From a virus, in the IMG/VR virus record IMGVR_UViG_3300023174_009221: a stretch of 64,000 nucleotides of DNA. One strand, written 5' to 3'. Below, in pieces: positions 59,421 through 64,000 of this stretch. Position 1 is the stretch's first letter. Each line of letters begins with the position of its first letter. Under the pieces are notes generated by a model that was given only the letters and a program-made list of their open reading frames with translations, did no database searches and was not told the origin of the DNA. The position numbers and the translations under genes were made by a program.

Positions 59421-60704
59421 TTAATTATCCTCTTCAAAATCCTGCGGTTCTCTAAAAAATAGCGTCGAGTCTTTACTCTTTAACCATGCTCTGGCTATTT
59501 CTAACCTCTTTGTCTTATCCCTTAACCACTCAACTACCATTTCATAAGGCTGACATCTTTTTAGAGACCTTTCATAGAATTCAATATCTTCATAAATATC
59601 CAATATCTCTTCTTTGGACATTGATTTAAGTTTTTGGGCTTTATCCATATTCATAACAAATCGAAAATTAGAATTTGTTTTATTACCAGAAGCGTAGTCT
59701 TTTTTAGACAAACCAGATTCAACATATTCTTGATATGTCAATTGTATTTCATCTACTTTATCTTTTAATGTCTTTTTCACAATAGAGATTATCTTTTGAA
59801 TTCTCAAATGTGTTTCTTTTTCATCTTCTGTAATTTGAGAAACTACATCATCAATTACATCATCTAAGATATATCCAATAATAATATGTTCTCTATAAAT
59901 ATCATTTGTATAAATAGAATGTAGATTTCTATACCAGTCGGTTTTAATCTTAATCATTTGACCATTTTCAAATTGAACAACCCAACCTTCTTTATCAACT
60001 TCTGATTTAGATTTTTCAATCAAATCTTCTAGTGTGCACACATCTTCGAATTGAGCAATCTTAATTGAACCAATTTTATCTAAGTGGTCTTTTATATCAA
60101 TATGTTTTCCAGTCTTATTATCCCTAAGTCGAAGAAGTATAAGTTCTTCTTTTGGGTATCTCAGAACTATACGGTTTTGAGGAGATACATATTCAAAAAT
60201 AGGGACTATATCACCATCTAAACAAAAATTCACGAATGCCCTAACATCAGGATTTGTTTTGTAAATTCTATTAATTCCATTTGCTTGGGTATTATCAAAT
60301 CCCATTTTTGATTTACCTAATATTTCACCATTAGGTAACTTTATAAATGTCGCAATTGATCCATCTTCTTTACCATTAACATATCTTATTTTATAGTCTT
60401 TAACAACAGAATACATTGAATCAGCGACCTGATTTAAGTTAAAGAACTTTTCAAGTAGCACGTATCTATTATAAAGACTACCATCTTTATTGAAGACAAA
60501 AGTAAGACCTCTCATTTCAAAACCTTTAAGTTTTGGCTGTTCGAAAATAGGTGCTTTAAAATCCGAATACTGAGCAAGTCTATAATTGAAAATAGAAACA
60601 CCAAAACCATTTACTTCAATTTTTGTTTCATAGAAAGGACTATCGACATATTGACATAATGCGACGGCCTGTTGATAAGACGGTATGTGATAACTCTTTT
60701 TCAA
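59421..60704 (-). CDS. T4 Rnl1 (RnlA)-type RNA ligase
   Basis: EMRGL.F, KFFNL, motif I KEDGS, FEYVSP.NRIV, EGWV, KIK..WY. Confidence 0.85.
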   Translation of the reverse strand: MKKSYHIPSYQQAVALCQYVDSPFYETKIEVNGFGVSIFNYRLAQYSDFKAPIFEQPKLKGFEMRGLTFVFNKDGSLYNRYVLLEKFFNLNQVADSMYSVVKDYKIRYVNGKEDGSIATFIKLPNGEILGKSKMGFDNTQANGINRIYKTNPDVRAFVNFCLDGDIVPIFEYVSPQNRIVLRYPKEELILLRLRDNKTGKHIDIKDHLDKIGSIKIAQFEDVCTLEDLIEKSKSEVDKEGWVVQFENGQMIKIKTDWYRNLHSIYTNDIYREHIIIGYILDDVIDDVVSQITEDEKETHLRIQKIISIVKKTLKDKVDEIQLTYQEYVESGLSKKDYASGNKTNSNFRFVMNMDKAQKLKSMSKEEILDIYEDIEFYERSLKRCQPYEMVVEWLRDKTKRLEIARAWLKSKDSTLFFREPQDFEEDN

Positions 60705-60721
60705 TTTTGGGAAGATGCCAA

Positions 60722-60752
60722 CAAATTTAGTGATTATTTTTTGATTTTACAA
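60722..60752 (-). promoter_or_regulatory. Bacteroidota sigma-A-type promoter
   Basis: TTG-N20-TAAATTTG upstream of the RNA ligase. Confidence 0.55.
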
Positions 60753-61366
60753 GGACTACCCCAAGCAACAACACCATCTGGTATATCCCTTGTGACTATT
60801 GAACCGGCTCCGATAACTACGTTTTTGCCGATAGTTACACCATTTAATATTTGACTACCCATTCCGATAGTGGTTGATTCACCGATGTAACAATGACCTG
60901 CTATATTACATCCGGGGTTGATAGAAACATAGTCAGAAATTTGAGTGTGGTGACCAATTGAAGAATTTCTATTGACTGAAACAAAATTACCTAAAGTTGT
61001 TTGAGCAGCAATTGAAACTCCGCAATTTATAAGACAACCCTTACCTAATTGCGATGTTTTAGAAATGTTGAATCCGTTGTGTATAACGCTGATAAATCTA
61101 TCGCTATCATAAATTTGTAAACTTTCAATAATCTTTTTTTTAAACTCTGGCTTATAAAGACCAAGAATCCAACTATTATAATCAAAAATATTAAGTTTAC
61201 TTAGAAAATTTAATCTAAAATCAGGATGTTCTACTTTAGATATTATTGGCAAGTCTAAATTGTTAAATATAGTAATGTCTTCAGAAATTCCAGAAGAGCT
61301 CAAGTTGTCCAATATCATTGTGATGATATCTTCTCCTTTACCTAATATGAGTAAATCTGTTTTCAT
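60734..61366 (-). CDS. NeuD/PglD-like sugar O-acetyltransferase
   Basis: Hexapeptide repeats; IGHH; GAGSIVTRDIP...G.P. Confidence 0.8.
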   Translation of the reverse strand: MKTDLLILGKGEDIITMILDNLSSSGISEDITIFNNLDLPIISKVEHPDFRLNFLSKLNIFDYNSWILGLYKPEFKKKIIESLQIYDSDRFISVIHNGFNISKTSQLGKGCLINCGVSIAAQTTLGNFVSVNRNSSIGHHTQISDYVSINPGCNIAGHCYIGESTTIGMGSQILNGVTIGKNVVIGAGSIVTRDIPDGVVAWGSPCKIKK

Positions 61367-62171
61367 ATCCTAAATTTCTAAATTCTTTCGAGGTCATTGT
61401 TGATAAATCCAATTGTTTCATAATTATATGAATTCTTTTAATTAAATCTGAATTAGTTGCTTTTTCACCCCGTCTAAAAAGAAGATTATCTTCTAAACCT
61501 ATTCTAATTCCATCAAAATCAATTAGGCCGTAAATATTACTCCTTAATTGTTGACTTGCGATACCACCAACAGTTGTTATACAATTTGTAGGTAAAGAAC
61601 TTTTTATATTAGCAACTGAGAAAATGTCTGACTGACAGTTGTAGAGATTTCCCAAAATTACGTTAAAATAATAAGGGGGCTTTACCAACCCCCTTTTAAT
61701 TAGGTTGTTTGCCATATTAATCATCCCAGTATCAAAACATTCAAGTTCAGCAATCACACCCCACTTATTCATTTGTTCAATAAGTGACAAAATCATTTCC
61801 GGTTGATTGATCGATGCACCAGTTTGAAAATTCAAAGATGATAGTGTAAGCGATGCCATATCAGGCCTTAGTTGTAAAACTTCAGACCTTTTTTCTAATT
61901 CAGGAAAATTCCTACCAGATAATGAAACACAAATTACAAGTTCTGGGCAAAATTTTCTAATACCTTCTACAATTTTTGAAAAATGTTCCACTTTGTAAGT
62001 ATTTTGTAGATTCTCATCTCTTGCATGGAGATGAACTAAAGTTATACCTAATTCATTTGCCTCCACAACAGATTCTATAATTTCGGTTGAAGATAACGGA
62101 GCAAGCGAGTTTTGTCTGGTTGTTTGTGTACCAGTAGGAGTGAAATTAATTATTTTCGCCGAAGAACTCAA
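61338..62171 (-). CDS. Beta-keto acid cleavage enzyme (BKACE/DUF849, Kce-like)
   Basis: TPTG, VHLHAR, PDMASL, ELECFD.G, RIGLEDN. Confidence 0.85.
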   Translation of the reverse strand: MSSSAKIINFTPTGTQTTRQNSLAPLSSTEIIESVVEANELGITLVHLHARDENLQNTYKVEHFSKIVEGIRKFCPELVICVSLSGRNFPELEKRSEVLQLRPDMASLTLSSLNFQTGASINQPEMILSLIEQMNKWGVIAELECFDTGMINMANNLIKRGLVKPPYYFNVILGNLYNCQSDIFSVANIKSSLPTNCITTVGGIASQQLRSNIYGLIDFDGIRIGLEDNLLFRRGEKATNSDLIKRIHIIMKQLDLSTMTSKEFRNLGYENRFTHIR

Positions 62172-63108
62172 TTAGTGAATATTTTTTTATTGAATTTTTA
62201 AAATCTTCTGTTATATCAAAATCAGTAGGAGTAGTTGTGTCAATAGTTAAACTCAAATTCTGAATACTTTCAATATCACCAATTTCAACTATCCGATATT
62301 CGTTAACCTCAACAATTTCTCTAATAATAAACTGATTGAATTTTAATTTTATCTCTCGAGAACTATTAAATAAATTTAGATAGAAAAAATAAATTTTATT
62401 ATCTGATTGATTATAACAAAAACACCAGTTCAAATTTTGTGAAGGAAATTTTTTTGTTTCTACTTTCTCTTTGACGATACTACTATCGATAAAAAGGGGC
62501 TTTCCTGCTTTTTGAAAAATATATTTAGTAAATATTTCTAAAGGGTTCAGATTATTTTCTTTGATTAATTTTGTCATCACCGACCTATTGTAATTTGCAA
62601 ATAAATAGGGTAGACTATGCACTCTAAACGATTTAAGACCACCTAATATCATATCTGAATTGTGTTTTAGAGTATAAAAAACAGAGTCATAATTCTCTAA
62701 AAATATTTTATGATTGTAAAAAATAGAATTATCTTTGATAACGTAGTCATATTCAACATGATAGATTCTTTCATAATTATATATCTTTGCTAAGTTAGAA
62801 ATAGCAGAAAACATTCTATAGATAGAAAACCCATAAAATGGTGTTTTCTTTAATAATTTTGTTTTAAGAAGATGAGTTTTAGAGACATGGTATTCAAAAT
62901 GTTTAAGCTCAATGTCATCTGAAAGTTCATTTAAGTGGTCAAAAATATAATAATGACATTTTTGTTGTATTTCAAGTGGTATATGGCTATGACTTATTAA
63001 GGCAATATCAAAATTGTCTCGGGGTAGACTATCAACGCATTCTGATAACCTATCCAGTTGTTCTTTCGTTGGACAATAAGCCGTTACAAAAATTAAATCT
63101 CTATTCAC
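62146..63108 (-). CDS. Hypothetical protein, possibly glycosyltransferase-like
   Basis: TAYCP...LISHS; HVEYDYVI; sugar-modification context. Confidence 0.45.
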   Translation of the reverse strand: MNRDLIFVTAYCPTKEQLDRLSECVDSLPRDNFDIALISHSHIPLEIQQKCHYYIFDHLNELSDDIELKHFEYHVSKTHLLKTKLLKKTPFYGFSIYRMFSAISNLAKIYNYERIYHVEYDYVIKDNSIFYNHKIFLENYDSVFYTLKHNSDMILGGLKSFRVHSLPYLFANYNRSVMTKLIKENNLNPLEIFTKYIFQKAGKPLFIDSSIVKEKVETKKFPSQNLNWCFCYNQSDNKIYFFYLNLFNSSREIKLKFNQFIIREIVEVNEYRIVEIGDIESIQNLSLTIDTTTPTDFDITEDFKNSIKKYSLIEFFGENN

Positions 63109-63499
63109 TGAATAATTTCTTTAATTTAATATCTCTTTCAACTACCGATTTTTTATTAGAACCATAAACCCCTTTATAAGAAAATGTTAATTTACAGTCC
63201 CATTTATCCACGTTTCTTACATTATACCCAAGAAAGTCTTTATCCTTTTCTATTTTTTTATCAATCAATTTACAACCTTCAAAAACCCACCAATAGTAAT
63301 TAGATTTTGAAACGTATATATTTTCCGGGACTTCTTTAATATGTTGTAGAAATTCTAAGTCATCTCCGAATTTTTCAATGTTATCATAAATATAATAACA
63401 GAGATCCAAAGTAATTGTATCTCTTTTTTTTAATTGAGAGATTTTTTCAGGAAACCCCCAATTTAATCCAATTTTTTTATCATCTAAATATACATCCAT
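63101..63499 (-). CDS. Hypothetical protein with C-terminal RDIKLKKLF tag
   Basis: ORF track. Confidence 0.6.
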   Translation of the reverse strand: MDVYLDDKKIGLNWGFPEKISQLKKRDTITLDLCYYIYDNIEKFGDDLEFLQHIKEVPENIYVSKSNYYWWVFEGCKLIDKKIEKDKDFLGYNVRNVDKWDCKLTFSYKGVYGSNKKSVVERDIKLKKLFSE

Positions 63500-63500
63500 T

Positions 63501-63917
63501 CTATCCGACTAATTTATCTAAATTTTTATTTCTATTTATAATGTTGTCGCCACCAAGTAGTTTCTTTACAGATTCCACTCCGAACTTATATGTTGTTTTT
63601 GAATTCAGGTCGATTGCAATTACTGGGTATTTTCTATTTTTTGTTTTAATGTCAGTAATTTCGTATTTGCTACCTCGATATGTAAATTCCATTCCGATAA
63701 CATTTTGCGTAAACCCAATAGATTTACAAGTCCTTTCCATAATACCGTCAATTTTATCATTCTTTTCTAAAGTCTTTACAACAAAGGAATTTTGATATCT
63801 TTGAGCCGTAAAGGAAATAGAACCGAATTCAAATTTGACATTTTCTTCCGTCTCAATATGAGCAACTGCCGCTTTAATCTTTTCTTGAATTCTAAGCACT
63901 TTATCTCTTGTTATCAT
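63501..63917 (-). CDS. Hypothetical protein with C-terminal RNKNLDKLV tag
   Basis: ORF track; KNRKYPVI. Confidence 0.6.
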   Translation of the reverse strand: MITRDKVLRIQEKIKAAVAHIETEENVKFEFGSISFTAQRYQNSFVVKTLEKNDKIDGIMERTCKSIGFTQNVIGMEFTYRGSKYEITDIKTKNRKYPVIAIDLNSKTTYKFGVESVKKLLGGDNIINRNKNLDKLVG

Positions 63918-64000
63918 AGTTATTTTAATCTAGTGAATCTTTAGCTGCTTGATATTGTTTTTCTGAAAGAAATTTAAGACTGCGGCCAGCGACCTCTACT

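Noticed and set aside
7048-63795. Many antisense ORFs in the track (e.g. 7048, 8498, 21566, 25039, 29256, 32345, 46032, 47406, 49831, 54014, 63415)
   Set aside because: They lie opposite well-supported genes and lack recognisable motifs
1-64000. Bacterial chromosome or prophage origin suggested by dnaK, nusG, uvrC and umuC
   Set aside because: Host-like genes are isolated among phage-type hypotheticals with T4-like topoisomerase, RNase H and RNA ligase; no bacterial operon context (no grpE/dnaJ, secE/rplK) and no integrase seen
1-64000. tRNA, rRNA, structured ncRNA, or diversity-generating retroelement
   Set aside because: Intergenic gaps are short and AT-rich; no cloverleaf, reverse transcriptase or template/variable repeat pair recognised by eye. 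A covariance-model scan would be needed to exclude small RNAs.

Overview
An AT-rich, gene-dense 64 kb segment of a large (jumbo/mega) dsDNA phage. It carries T4-like replication and repair genes: type II topoisomerase subunits, an RNase H-type 5'-3' exonuclease, an Rnl1-type RNA ligase and a probable clamp-loader small subunit. It also has host-like genes (dnaK, nusG, umuC/umuD-like, uvrC-like, UV endonuclease) and an amidase endolysin. The host is very probably a Bacteroidota: there are two type IX secretion cargo proteins and at least five TTG-N19/20-TAnnTTTG promoters. Main highlights: (1) The topoisomerase II large-subunit gene is fractured at the catalytic EGD|SA motif by a naturally split intein (IntN 38668-39153, IntC 40516-40650), with a free-standing Vsr-like endonuclease between the halves. 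IntN also has a duplicated block-B segment. (2) About 20 unrelated proteins share an N-terminal tag resembling the T4 capsid-targeting sequence and mostly sit behind a TATATA late-type promoter, suggesting a virion-packaged effector set (nuclease-, NTase-, ART-, papain-, GNAT- and PCD-like). (3) A separate set of small proteins shares a C-terminal R-x-x-K-[IL]-x-x-[IL] tag. (4) A 40-nt composite regulatory element is shared by dnaK and a UVR-domain gene. No tRNA, rRNA or CRISPR array was recognised. All family calls come from motif reading by eye, without database searches.
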